Source: Octopus bimaculoides
Taxonomy: Eukaryota
Length of the DNA stretch: 64,000 nucleotides
NCBI RefSeq assembly: GCF_001194135.2
Contig: NC_068986.1
Span: 1,232,331 to 1,296,330 of the forward strand
Direction of reading: 5' to 3'
The notes below the pieces were generated by a model that saw nothing but the letters and a program-made list of their open reading frames with translations, did no database searches and had not been told where the DNA came from. This document shows positions 25,506 to 37,484 of this stretch, piece by piece. Within the stretch, counting starts at the first letter, position 1. Every line of letters begins with the position of its first letter. Position numbers and translations under genes: made by a program.

Positions 25506-27764
25506 GGTCTTTTGCAATTCATTCCTTACACTATCTTTCCTGCAACTGTTAACATGCAATTGTTCAAGAGGAACACTAACTACCTAAATGTCACCAGTCT
25601 CAAAGAGCCTGCAAAGGCTATGGGCATGGCACTCCCTCCAGATCAAACCAAAAAGGGAAAAAACACAATTTCTTAATTTTGGGTGGTAGAATCGATCCAT
25701 AGTTCCATAGTTTAACACCATCACCTAGCCCTTGAGTGCCATTCGTAAAGTCTTTTCCCATTGTAAGAATTCAAACCAGTACTCTGGTTCCAAACTAACT
25801 TAATATCTTGAAGTACTAGTTCCATTACTGCAACCCCAAAATCATTGTTTTATTACTTTTTTTATCTTCCTTTCTTTCCTGATCTTTACGAAAGTTTTCA
25901 GTTGTGGTTACTTGATCAAATTAAGCCAAAACTTAATGACATAAAACAATAGTTTTAAAGTTTCTGTTTGTTTACTTCAAAACAGAAAATTTGCACTTTC
26001 TTGTGATCTTGGATAATTTTCCAAAAGAATAACTTGTTTGATCTTGGTGAATAAATACTCTCCTCTGGTTAATATGTGATAGTAAGCATGAAATTTGTAA
26101 TAATGACTACATATTTTATTCTTTGTCTGAATATTGATTATATTACTCGCAGTGCATATGTCTATAATAAGTTATATTCACATTTTGTCAAACTGATTGA
26201 TAAATATGCTTACATTTTCCATCTTTTAATCATTCCTGAATAGTGATTATTTAAATCTGCTATAATTTAGTTGTAACTAATGTTTACTTCAGTTCATTCA
26301 TGTAATCCTTTCAGTCCTTTATAAAGACGAAAAATAATAATAAAAAAAAATAGTTTTCATAAATTTTCAACAATTTCAGTTTTAAAAGATTTTCTCTAAG
26401 TAACATGAGTTCGGATAAAAAGTACTTTAACGTTTCCTTTAAAGAAAGATCTATAGTATATAAGCAAATTAGATATATACACTATTCAAAAACAGATAAT
26501 AAAATTTATATGTAAACACCAAATAAATATTGGTTATTCTTCCATTCATATTACAAAAGACATGAAAAATCAATAGCTTTCCCTAAGTATCCTGGAAAAA
26601 AGTCTACACAGAATCTGTTGAGAAGAGAAAAGGTATCACAGGATACATATAAATATTTACAAATGTTCTTGACACCTGATGTGGCTGTAGTTAGAGTAAA
26701 CATACTTTTCTGAAGAATCACGAATTTTGAATGAAAATAATCCATGCAAAACCACGTACATTTTCTTGGTTAACTGAAGAGCAGGTTGCACATAGTTTCC
26801 TTTTTTGAACAATGTCTGCTTTGCCAAAAATATCTGAATGTAAGGGAAATATATGTTTGGTAATATGTTTGGTTAATATAAATGGTTTGTGCTTTATGAA
26901 TTTATAGCTGTTTCGTTAAGAAATTTGCTTTTCACCTGTGTACTTCTGGGTTCATTCACAGTGTAATGTACCTTGGGTGTTTTCTACTCTAAGCTCTTAT
27001 GTTAACCAATGTCTTGTAAGAGAAATTTGATAGAAATGCTAAAATACCATCTAGAGTATGTATGTACATGTGATAGGAGAGTGGGATTGACCTTGTGCAA
27101 GGCCTTTCTTCTCTTTAAAAAGTGTTTCAGGCACAGACATAACTTTATATTCAACGTCTCTTTTAATATTTCTGTTATGTGTTGCAAAGCACTCAATGAA
27201 AAATCCCATAGTGTTAGTGTGGGTGGCAAGCTCTCTGAACACCAGCCGCAAAAGGTCTCCATCATTGTTAGATCTGTGCAAAAGAGTGTATAGGTCTCTA
27301 GCAGGCCTGAAAAGCCACATCCATGCTGTTTATATTCAAGAGAACAATCAATGAAAGTATGACTTGAAACTGAATTGCAACTATCATATTTATGATGTGT
27401 GAAATGGTGTATCAAGTTGTATCTCTTCGTATCAAAAATAATTTTTAGTAAATACAGATTTATAAACTAAATACCATACTGAAACAAATATTGAGGCAAT
27501 ATTATTAAGCAGAATTACTGAAGGTAGTTTCTCACCTGATGAAACCAGTAAAAGTGTAAGAATGTATGGAAGTGTTCGTCTTGTTATTTAATAGTAATAG
27601 CACACAAAGGTGTGAAATTCACTTCAAATTTATTTCATGAGGTATCAAACTTTTATTGCACATTTGCATCCTGGTCACTGACATAGTTCCCTCCAACAGT
27701 TATAGAGAGGCAGAACAAATACAACTCTAAAATTAAGAGTATCATGAGAGAAGAATCATTGATT

Positions 27765-27908
27765 AGTTTTGCTTGGGGTCCCGATTGTTGCTGAGCCTGG
27801 TGTACCCTTATCAGATGGGTAGTCGTGATGGTATACTGGGTTTCATAAATTTTACCCCAGGGTCACTTTGATGGCATGCACTACTCTCTCACTCAATAAT
27901 AATAATAA
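27765..27908 (+). mobile_element. Probable 3' UTR of a second Dong/R4-like element ending in (AAT)n
   Basis: A GC-richer block ending ...ctctctcactcaataataataataa; recognised from memory as a common octopus repeat end. Confidence 0.5.
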
Positions 27909-28297
27909 ATTAAGTAAATATAAGGACCTGGAAATTGAAATACTAAAGATGTGGCATCTTAAAGCAAGAACTGTTCCTGTTATTGTAGGTGCTTTGGTAT
28001 GATAAGAAAGAGATGGCAGAAACATCTAGATAATATCCCAGGAGAACCATGTCTCAGGGAAATCAAAAAGATTCTGCTGACAAGTACTGCCCACATCCTT
28101 AGAAAAAACCCTATCAATTTAAATATATTTGTTGTTTTACATGAAGATATTTCGCTACTGCTCCTGTCACTTTCCCTTTCCAAGCATTCAGTCATATTGT
28201 AATATCTCTTATCTTTCACTTGCCCTAGGATGCTGGGTGTGTCTCAACAAGTGATTGTAACAAACATGCAGATTAAAAGTAAATAATGATAATAATA
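27907..28297 (+). mobile_element. 3' end of an R4/Dong-type (REL endonuclease) non-LTR retrotransposon with an (AAT)n tail
   Basis: KLSKYKDLEIEILKMWHLKARTVPVIVGALG/MIRKRWQKHLDNIPGEPCLREIKKILLTSTAHILRK (one frameshift), followed by a UTR and an aataatgataataat tail. Confidence 0.8.
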
Positions 28298-31200
28298 TCC
28301 TGTCCTCATGGCCCTGTTCCTCCGTGTCATTGCTATCTGGTAGCCCCCAACTCTATATATACCCAGGGTTTTGCCACTCACTCCTCACCCTCCATACTCT
28401 TTGATCACACTTCCTTTGCAATATCTCTTCACTTATATTATGGCATTCGTATTTCAAGGGTATGCCCTGGTACTTCCCACCATCTATATCTCTCTTCCTT
28501 TACTCAACCATTCCTTTTATAGTCTGACCTCCGTCCCTTGTGATTATGCCTGGCATTTTGCCACCGTCTCTCAAAGTTATGAAAAGCAAGGATTTGAACA
28601 CAAACTACTAGAAGTAAAAACCAAACTTCCTTAATAGTTTAAAAATGAAAGGTCACATTGGCCAAAGTAATTCTAGAGGAATCACAATGAACAATTAATT
28701 ACAGTAAATCATTTAGTTCAGTGCCTTATTTGTTTCTGGCATTATAGTTCCTTTCTTTATATTTTTAAGCACTGAAAATTGTAATATTTTTGCTTTAATT
28801 TTCATCATATTTATCACATGCGTGTCCCCAAAATCCCTTCCCTTTTCAAAGCAAAGGAAGTAATTCTTTTTCACCTACTAACCAAAATTTTTAGCATCCT
28901 TGCATCTGTCTTTTGAGCTGCTGGGAGTCACCTTATGGATTTCATTTTGACGGAACTGGAAATTATTAATACATTATGAAATTATGCTTGGTACAGTGTC
29001 GAATTCTCACTAGGAAACTTGCTTCTTCACCAGCAGCTGTCCCTCATAATTTAGTGGTAAATAGAATTCAGACTGATCAGCCAACATAATTCCTCAGGTT
29101 GTGACATTTGTCATGAGAGCTAATATGTTGACATCTTCAGCTATTCTCTCTGTTTGTAGTAAGACAGCTGCAAAAGATAAATTTAGTGAAGAACAAATGT
29201 AACTTCAATTTGTTGTCTTAAAAACTGTACGTGATAGCTTCTCACATTTTTCATTACTCACCTGTCATGTGGTTTATGAGATAGGTGTGAACAACAGTCT
29301 GAAGAATTTAATGTGCTAACCTTAGTTTTTCTTTCAAGTTGTTGAGAATGAATTCTATAAGACTGTCCCACTAAGCCAGGAGGTGTAATGTAATTGTGAA
29401 ATGAATTGTAGTTTATCAAAGAATTGACTCAATTTAAGGTAAACACTAAAATGAATAAGGTATTAATTATTTCTTGGAGTTTCATGTTCAAATTTCAGAA
29501 AATGACCTTGATCAGTATATTGGCATGAAGTAGGAAAACAAAAAAAAAATCAATATTACCCAGTTCATGCACAAGAGGTATAGCATAATAGCAAATAAAT
29601 AAATATACTGATGCACTATGAACAACCAAAGCAATAATGTGGTAACTGCTGTAATGTTTTCACTAAAGGGAGTAAGTTCTGTTATTTAAATAACCGAGTT
29701 AATGTGAAATTAGGACCATTGATTAACGTATGAAATGCATGGAGGAAGTTTAAGGAACTTGGCATAAATTGTAAACTGCATCTGGTATCAGAATTGAACT
29801 ATGAACACTGTATTTCATATTTTGTACAAAGGAAATTTAAAGCTAGAAGAAGGTCTAGGTAAAAAGTAAAATGTAAGTTGGTAATAAATGATGAACATAT
29901 GAGGAATGTCTAGGGCATCGAAACCATGTGTTAGAATGATGGGGTTCTTACACTCATACTCACCAAGTGTTTAGGGTAGAAGAGAATTTAACTTGTGTTT
30001 GCTGTGACTAAAGCATTGAAATATTTTGGGCATTTTATTAGGAAATATGAGTTTGCAGAGACTGTTATTAGAAGGCAAAATAAATAGAAAAACAGGAAAT
30101 GGGGTGAAAAAAATCAATAATTACTGGGATGGTTAATATCAAGAATGAATTACTGGTGTGTTATTACTGGTTTAACAAATTAATAAATCACTACAATTAA
30201 TAATAATAAATTATTAGAGGTGACGCTAATAAATTATTAATCAAACTGCCAAGAATGCATTAGAAATGCAAATTGATCTATGCAACTTACTCAAGCTATT
30301 AGTTGGTTTATAATCAATGTCTGTGGAAAGTTAAAGAGGATTTTTGGTTACTGAAACCAGCTTGAAACCATCCTGGCTGATCCCCCTCTATCCATCCATA
30401 AAGGTATCGTATGTAAAAACAAGGCATTTACATCTATCACTGACACACAGCATTGGTTAAAAATTTATAGACATATTCTTTAACACAATGGAACAATATG
30501 AAGAATTAACAAATTAAAATGAAATAAATGTATAAGGAGAACAACAGAAAGACCGAGATGGTATGGGGCATGCTAGTAAGTGTGATAATGAGTGATGATA
30601 ATGAGTGATGATAATGAGTGATGATAGTGGTGGTATGCCCTGAACTACATCTGTGATTATGGATAAATAACATGGTTAATTTCATACAGAAATATCACTC
30701 TTAATAAATTTATGAAAGTCTTGGGAAAGTAGATGGAAATCTTGGATAAAAACCCAAATTTAAGAAATATTATTTTTTTAAACTTAGTTTCACTGAGGGT
30801 CAAATATACAACTGAATATTCAGTATATAAAAAAGCAAAATGTAAAGGATAACAAGATCAGTTCATCTCATGGTGGTAGAGAAAAAAAAAAATGATGATA
30901 ATGAAGATGGTGTTAAAGAAGAAATATGATTGTTCATTGTAAATATGAAATATAATTTTCATCTTTGCAAGTTATGGATACTCATAGTGGAGTTATGGAT
31001 ACTCATAGGGTCTCAACAAATATTTAGTCTGTTTCCAAAACAGTATTCCAGGGACTAGGATTCTCTTCAGGGTCAGAAAATGTTTCAATTCTCATAATTT
31101 TTAAAAACTTTTTACAAAATCTCAAGTGTAACCCATAAGAGTCTTGTTCATATACATCAGATGGTGATACAAATGGCATTTATGAAACAGAAAGAAAAGG

Positions 31201-31729
31201 TATTTGGTTCATCAGTTCAAACTTACACACTAGCTTGCTACAACCATTGGCTCAAACTTGCTGTTGTTTCCTCACATCCTCTTCTTTCTCAATTGCTTCT
31301 GTTTCTTGCAACTAGGAAGTTGTATACTTCCATTGGACCATCCACGTTTTCATCATCTCTACTGCATCATATCTCTTGCACATTGCATTTGTAGAGTATA
31401 TGGATGTGAGCAAGCAAACAACAACCAATTCCACTGGTCTGTTGCTCTGACAGAGAGCTACCAAAAAACAAAAAAAAGACGAGAAGGTTTTAGGTCTGTT
31501 TATATAGTCAATGGATGGCTGAGAGAGACTGCTGTCTCATTGGTCCTAATAAACCGGTGAAAAACAGTGAACAACAAAATCTTCATCTTGACTGCATGAG
31601 GGCTGCTACATCAACCCCTCAGCATTCAGATTATTCTGTCAAAGCTAATTCTTATTTATTCACATTACTTTTAATTATTCAGGCATCATCTGGTAGCTTT
31701 AAGATTTTGGTAACATGATTGTATGACAT

Positions 31730-31828
31730 TGTAAAGTAGATTTGAGAAGCCTGATCTGGCTAGTTTGAACATAAAAAAGGTAAAATACTTGGGCCAGATA
31801 TGGCCATTTTAAATACTAAAGGGTTAAA
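31730..31828. mobile_element. piggyBac-like MITE half
   Basis: gatctggctagtttgaacataaaaaagg...tactaaagggttaa. Confidence 0.55.
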
Positions 31829-33300
31829 ACTGAAGGTTGCTGGAAAGCTGCAACTGGAAAGCATAAACATGTAAACAAAGCAAAAAGTAGCAAAAACCAA
31901 ATGATGATATAAGTATACCCCAGTTACAAATAGTGAATCAGAAAAGGAACTATGACAGAAACGCGCTGTGTGTGCATGTGCAAAATTTAAGTGGAGCTTA
32001 TATGATGCATGCACAACAGGAAAATGACATTTGCATGATGTGTGTTTTCATTCAGGTAAATCTTGTTGAAAGCGAATGAGCAATAGTATTATAGTTTTAG
32101 TATATGTACATAGTATACAAGCATGAGCCTATGTTCTTAGCTACTTGTGTGTTCTGGTGATAAATGAGGCACTTTGTGTGCATATGATCTTGAAAAGTTC
32201 TTTTGGGGGACATGTCTGACAGATATTGCTCCTGTTGGTCCAATAAACTAATGAAAATGGTAAATGATTAAAATTTTAACTTTGCTGCATGAGGGGTCCA
32301 TTACACTGAACACTTCCCCTAATTGTTCTTCCCCAGATCTACATCCTTCTTTGAAATTCCCTCCTTGCTCATGATTTTCTTACAGGCAACAACCTAGAAC
32401 AGTTAAAACTGTGTATCGACTTCATTGGTGTCACCATTTTAAGACAGTCTGTGACAGTCATAGGCACTGTACCTTTTCCTCCAATTACTAAAACAAGAAG
32501 CATTAGTGATAGATGAAAGGTTAGTCATAGTGAAAAAGATAAGTGAATAAGTTATCAGCCTCTTATTTCACGATATAAAAACTACCACTGTTGCTTTGTA
32601 GTATCACTGATGAAAAGGGAAGAAGTATCTAAGTTTTATTGTGTTTATCTGATTGTCTAACGTTCAATAAATTTATAAGTATCTGATATGACCTAATGTC
32701 TATCACAGATCTAAAACAGTGAAGCGCCTTAACTGGTATGAACTTAGGCATTACATATTAGAAGAAACGAAACGCTAAACCAAAACCACATCCCTTTGGT
32801 GGACAGCACAGACTGATAATCAAAATATTAATTAACATCGACTAGAGTAATTAATTATTGATGATAACCTAAGGATATTGAACAGTGTTGATTGAAACTC
32901 CACAAATATTTAATCTAATTTATTTGAATAGGGAAATCCATGAGAGAATATTAATAACAGAAAGGTTTTTATTTGAGTGAAATACAACAGGAAATCTAGT
33001 AGTAATATTGATTTCACTGGTTAGTTGTGGCTTCGCCCAAAGTTCCCTCTCATTGAACAGATCTTTGATCAACTACATAATTTTTTTGACTATAAGCACA
33101 GATGTAGCTATGTGTGTAAGAAGCTTGTTTCCCAACCATGTGGTCTTGGGTTCAGTTCCACTGTATTGCACCTTTAGCTAATGTCTTTTACTATAACTTC
33201 TGGCTAACTAAAGCTATGTGATTGGATTTGGTTGGTGGAAACTGTAAGAAGCCTGTTGCATGTATATGTGTGTGTGTATGTATATATATATATTCATTTA

Positions 33301-33361
33301 TATCAAGCCTATGTTTATCTCCATTACTACCTCCCCCACTCTCTCTGTATATATGTATATG

Positions 33362-33399
<38 letters not shown>

Positions 33400-33419
33400 G
33401 CTTTCCCAAATAAAGTTGT

Positions 33420-33469
<50 letters not shown>

Positions 33470-33855
33470 TAGGTGAGAGCTGGGTGTGCTCGAAAGGATT
33501 CAAACTTAAACTTCAAATACTTTGTCCAGGGCAAAGCTTGTGCCGTCAAGGATACCTACAAGAGAAATCCAATCAAACTGATATGGCAAATGAAAGAATA
33601 CAGAATAAAAGTGCAGAATAGAGTCAGGAAATATGTAATTTCATAACTCAACACCTGTTTCAAGAAGCCTGAAGTTATGATTATAATGTTACTTTGGGCT
33701 TCTTGAAACAGCTGTCAAGTTAGGTAATTACATAATTTCTCACCTTACTCTGTACTTTTATTCTGACTTTTTTTGTGATTCATATAAATGTATTTGTATC
33801 AAGCCTATCTTTATCTCCATTACTACATCCCCCACTCTCTCTGTATATATGTATA

Positions 33856-33894
<39 letters not shown>

Positions 33895-33926
33895 AATGCT
33901 TTGCTTTCCCAAATAAAGTTGTACTT
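33301..33926 (+). repeat. Direct repeat pair 33301-33423 and 33797-33926
   Basis: tatcaagcctat.tttatctccattactac.tcccccactctctctgtatatatg-(microsatellite)-gctttcccaaataaagttgtactt occurs twice. Confidence 0.85.
33601..33765. repeat. Long inverted repeat (arms of about 77 bp, loop of about 11 nt)
   Basis: The arms pair symmetrically around 33683; perfect 15-bp core ctgtttcaagaagcc/ggcttcttgaaacag. Confidence 0.85.
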
Positions 33927-34459
33927 CATTTTTGAAACTCTGACAGCTATAAGCTGATATACAAGCACTAAGGTATGAGTGCATTATATCTTGTAGCAGA
34001 AACAACTGTAAGCTAATGAAATTCATTACATAAATTCTTGTTCTCTTCTCACTTATTTAATTTCTTATATATATGTGTGTGTTGTTGCCCCACTAGTGCT
34101 GGACAACTGGTGCTGCTTTCATTACCTCCCCGTAACTTAGCTGTTCAGTAAAAGAGACTGAAAGAATGAATATTAGACTAAAAAAAAAGGTACTGAGATC
34201 AGTATGTGTAGCTAAACGCTTCAAGATGAGCCCCAGCCTGGCCATACTCCAGTGACTGAAACAAGAGATACAACATAAAAGATGCAAATTACTATTGGCC
34301 AAAAAAGCTTTGTAATTCTTTTTCTGCATGTAAAAACTATTATCAATGATCAAAACAAGCTGAAGAAGACTATGCTATGTTGATGAGGTGCAATAAGGCA
34401 AAAACTGTAGTTGTCACTATTTCCTGCAAACAAACATGTTTCACAAAAGAAAAGTATGA

Positions 34460-34880
34460 TTTACTTTATAATGGTAAAGCTCTGTGGTTTAGAAGTTCAT
34501 TTCACTTATTACATGGGTTTAGGTTCAATCTCACTGCTCGGTAACTTAGAAAAGTATCTTATTATAGCTTCAGTCAAGCTTGAGCGAATTTGTTAGCTGG
34601 AAACTGCATTGCAACCCATTGAAATGTGTGTGTGTGTGTCTGTGTGTGCACGCATGCAGTTGTGTGCATGTGCATGTGTGTGTCTGTGTTTGTTTCTCAG
34701 CATTTGATGACTGGTGCTGGTTTGTTTACATCTCCTTAAGTAAGGAGTTCAGGAAATAATGACTGACAAACTAAGTGTGAACCAGGCTTAAAATAAGTAT
34801 TGGGATTGATTTGATCAACTAAAGAAAAACCCTCCAAGATTGTGCTCCAGAATGGCAGCAGTTGAATGATTAAAACAAAT
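34460..34880 (+). mobile_element. Family A SINE, diverged full length
   Basis: Head gggtttaggttcaatc, (TG)n core, tail gaatgattaaaacaaataaa. Confidence 0.65.
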
Positions 34881-35284
34881 AAATAAACAAAAAATATGAA
34901 TTACTTAAATTATTTATCATTTTTTTTACATTGAGAATATTCTTGATTAAATTATACTATGAATAAATACATCATCTAATTCTGAAATGTTTCTTAGCAA
35001 CACTAATATAGTGGTGGCAGCAGCAGCAGCTGCAGCAGCGGTAGTGGTGGTGGTGGCAGCAGCACCAGCTGCAGATGCACCACGTGTATTATTGAATAAG
35101 AAATCATTATTGAATATTTAATGTGTGTCATAGAAGTCACAAGTTGGCAAGTCACGTGCTGTATACATCAAGCACATGTGCAGTTCTAAATGTAGAATGT
35201 TTCTGAAATATGTAATGGAATATTTTCAAACATCTTCAAATACATTATCCTCATGTTTCAAAAAGAAAAACAAAAAAAAAAAAC

Positions 35285-35288
35285 AGCT

Positions 35289-35321
<33 letters not shown>

Positions 35322-35466
35322 ATATATATATGTATAAAGATAGATAGATAAATGCACACACACACACATATAATAAAAATATAATACTTGAAATAATAAT
35401 AATGATGAAAGCTTGTGTGTATGTATATGGTGTATATGTTACAAAAATGATCACACACACACACAC

Positions 35467-35507
<41 letters not shown>

Positions 35508-35510
35508 TGA
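35285..35510. repeat. Compound (CA)n/(TA)n microsatellite block
   Basis: Direct reading. Confidence 0.85.
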
Positions 35511-35589
35511 TGTCTGAGTATGTGTGTGTATAAATATATGTTTTTTATATGTTTATATTTGTATATTGTAAATTAACTCCATGAACTTT

Positions 35590-35730
35590 GTAAATCTCTG
35601 AAGAGGCCTAGAGAACCATACATGTATCTCTATTTGCATCCATTTCATCTATCAATTACTCCAGTTTACTGGAGTTATATAGATAGAATGAGGCATGTCA
35701 CCTCTAGGCTGAAACAACTGTATGACATTG
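35590..35730 (+). ncRNA. Hammerhead-like motif with a canonical core and a long stem II; stem I decayed
   Basis: CUGAAGA (35598-35604), 9-bp stem GGCCUAGAG/CUCUAGGCU, GAAA (35711-35714), CAACU, GUA triplet. Confidence 0.5.
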
Positions 35731-36088
35731 TCCCTTCTTCGGTCACTAGATGTCCTTTTTAATTTTTATTACTGATATGACATAATATGTCATATGTGTT
35801 TGTATATTGGTTTTATTGTCCTGTCCTCTTAGTTGAAAAATAAACAGGCAAATTGACATAATACAATGTCTGCAATTTGATGAGTACCACATATTCCCCT
35901 CCATTTTCTTATTGCTATATAGATTAAGGGTAAATTTCCTTTTACCCGCACCCACTTATTGCACTCGGTAAAAGCACTACTGTAATAATAATTGGGTATC
36001 TTTCCGGTAGTATATTGCATAGATATTATTTCTTAGTGGATTGGATTCACAACCCCTTACTTTCTTGGGGTATATATATATATATATA

Positions 36089-36098
36089 NNNNNNNNNN
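36089..36098. other. Assembly gap (N) inside (TA)n
   Basis: 10 Ns. Confidence 0.99.
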
Positions 36099-36130
<32 letters not shown>

Positions 36131-36490
36131 CACATACATAAACACACATTTATTATTTTTTTTCTATTATAACAAATGGCAGATGTAGTACTCACTACAG
36201 GTTGTAGAGCATAATTATGTCATTTACTTGGATGATGTCTTTTCCAGTGTTACTCAGCATTTCCATGTTTCTTCAGCTGACAGATTTTTTGTTGCCTGAA
36301 GAAACTAGGATTGTGGAAACTCCAAGCAGTGATTAAAGATGTCACTGCTACTTAGGCAGTGACAATGTGAAGAGATGTGAAGACTACGATACATGCATAT
36401 TCATATAGACTGGCTGTATGGTTGGTAGCCTGCTTGCCAACCACATGGTCACAGTCAAATGACTGAACCAAGTAAAAGAATAAAAGAATA

Positions 36491-36800
36491 TTGCTTCCAA
36501 ATCACATGGTTCTGGGTTCAGTCCCACATAGCACCTTGGGCAAGTGTCTTCTACTATAGCCACAGGCTGATCAAAGCTTTCTGAGTGGATTTGGTTGATG
36601 GAAACTGAAAGAAGGCCTATCATATTTGTGTGTGTACATGTGCACATGTTTGTTTCTGTGCTTGTTCCCCCCATTACCTGTTTATGTCCTTATAACTTAG
36701 CAGTTCAGCAAATGACAGATAAAATAAGCACCAGGCTTAAAAAAAAAAAGTACTGGGGTCAATTCGTTGGACTAAAATGTTTCAAAGATAAAAGGCATAT
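36491..36800 (+). mobile_element. Family A SINE
   Basis: catggttctgggttcagtcccacatagcaccttgggcaagtgtcttctactatagcc, then the microsatellite and 3' body. Confidence 0.75.
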
Positions 36801-37484
36801 ATATATTGTTATACTTGGGGATGGTCATATTTTGCTAATAAACACACATGCTATATATTTACTCATCACTTAAGCTTTATTATTATTATTTCAGTTTCTT
36901 TGTCAGAGTTCTTTCATCACACATCTTGTGACCTCTTCAGTGACTCTATCCCATGTGCCTCCTCTTATTCTGCTTATTCCAATTTTCTTTATGATGATGT
37001 TTTTTTTTCTCATCTGAGCATGTGGCTGGCTGCAAGTATACACCATTGAGAATGACTAAAATGGTCAAGATGCATCTTGCACTTTTGATAGCCACTGTTG
37101 TGGCTAATTTTTGTCTCTTTTTGATATTTATTATCTTCTTTACACAGCAAGTCGATAAGAGATGTGATGTCAAGACAAATACTGCAGTAAATGGCCTTTT
37201 AACAGTGTATATACATTAAGTATGATACCTCAATGGATATGTGTGTGTGTGTTTCTGCATAGACAGCCAATGGATACAGCTAAATCATTGACCAAATTGC
37301 TTGGTGGTAATTATTCCAGTGCTGTACACCCTAGGTTTGACTCCTACAGAGATCAGATCTGAATACCTGGAGAGGGATGGATTCTGTCAGGTCTAGAAAG
37401 ATGTCCAAGATGCATCATATGTCATGATGGTGCTCCTTATGATTCTATCAAGGAGTTGAGGGCCCAAAGCAAAGAGAATATATG

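Larger units (their letters stand above)
33105..34290 (+). mobile_element. Family A SINE split at its internal microsatellite by an insertion of about 770 bp
   Basis: The 5' half (33105-33290) and 3' half (34065-34290) are colinear with the intact copy at 46046-46470. Confidence 0.6.

Noticed and set aside
27535-27560. CTGATGA as a hammerhead core
   Set aside because: It is followed directly by aaccagtaaaag, which resembles the SINE A tail; there is no stem II.
35251-35508. Low-complexity ORFs (CVCV, YIYI, HTHT, poly-I) here and at 3682, 12895, 17632, 33191, 46054, 46143 and 62217
   Set aside because: They are translations of microsatellites and SINE cores.
36946-37173. 75-aa minus-strand ORF with a hydrophobic, signal-peptide-like stretch
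   Set aside because: No recognisable homology or splice context; compatible with chance.
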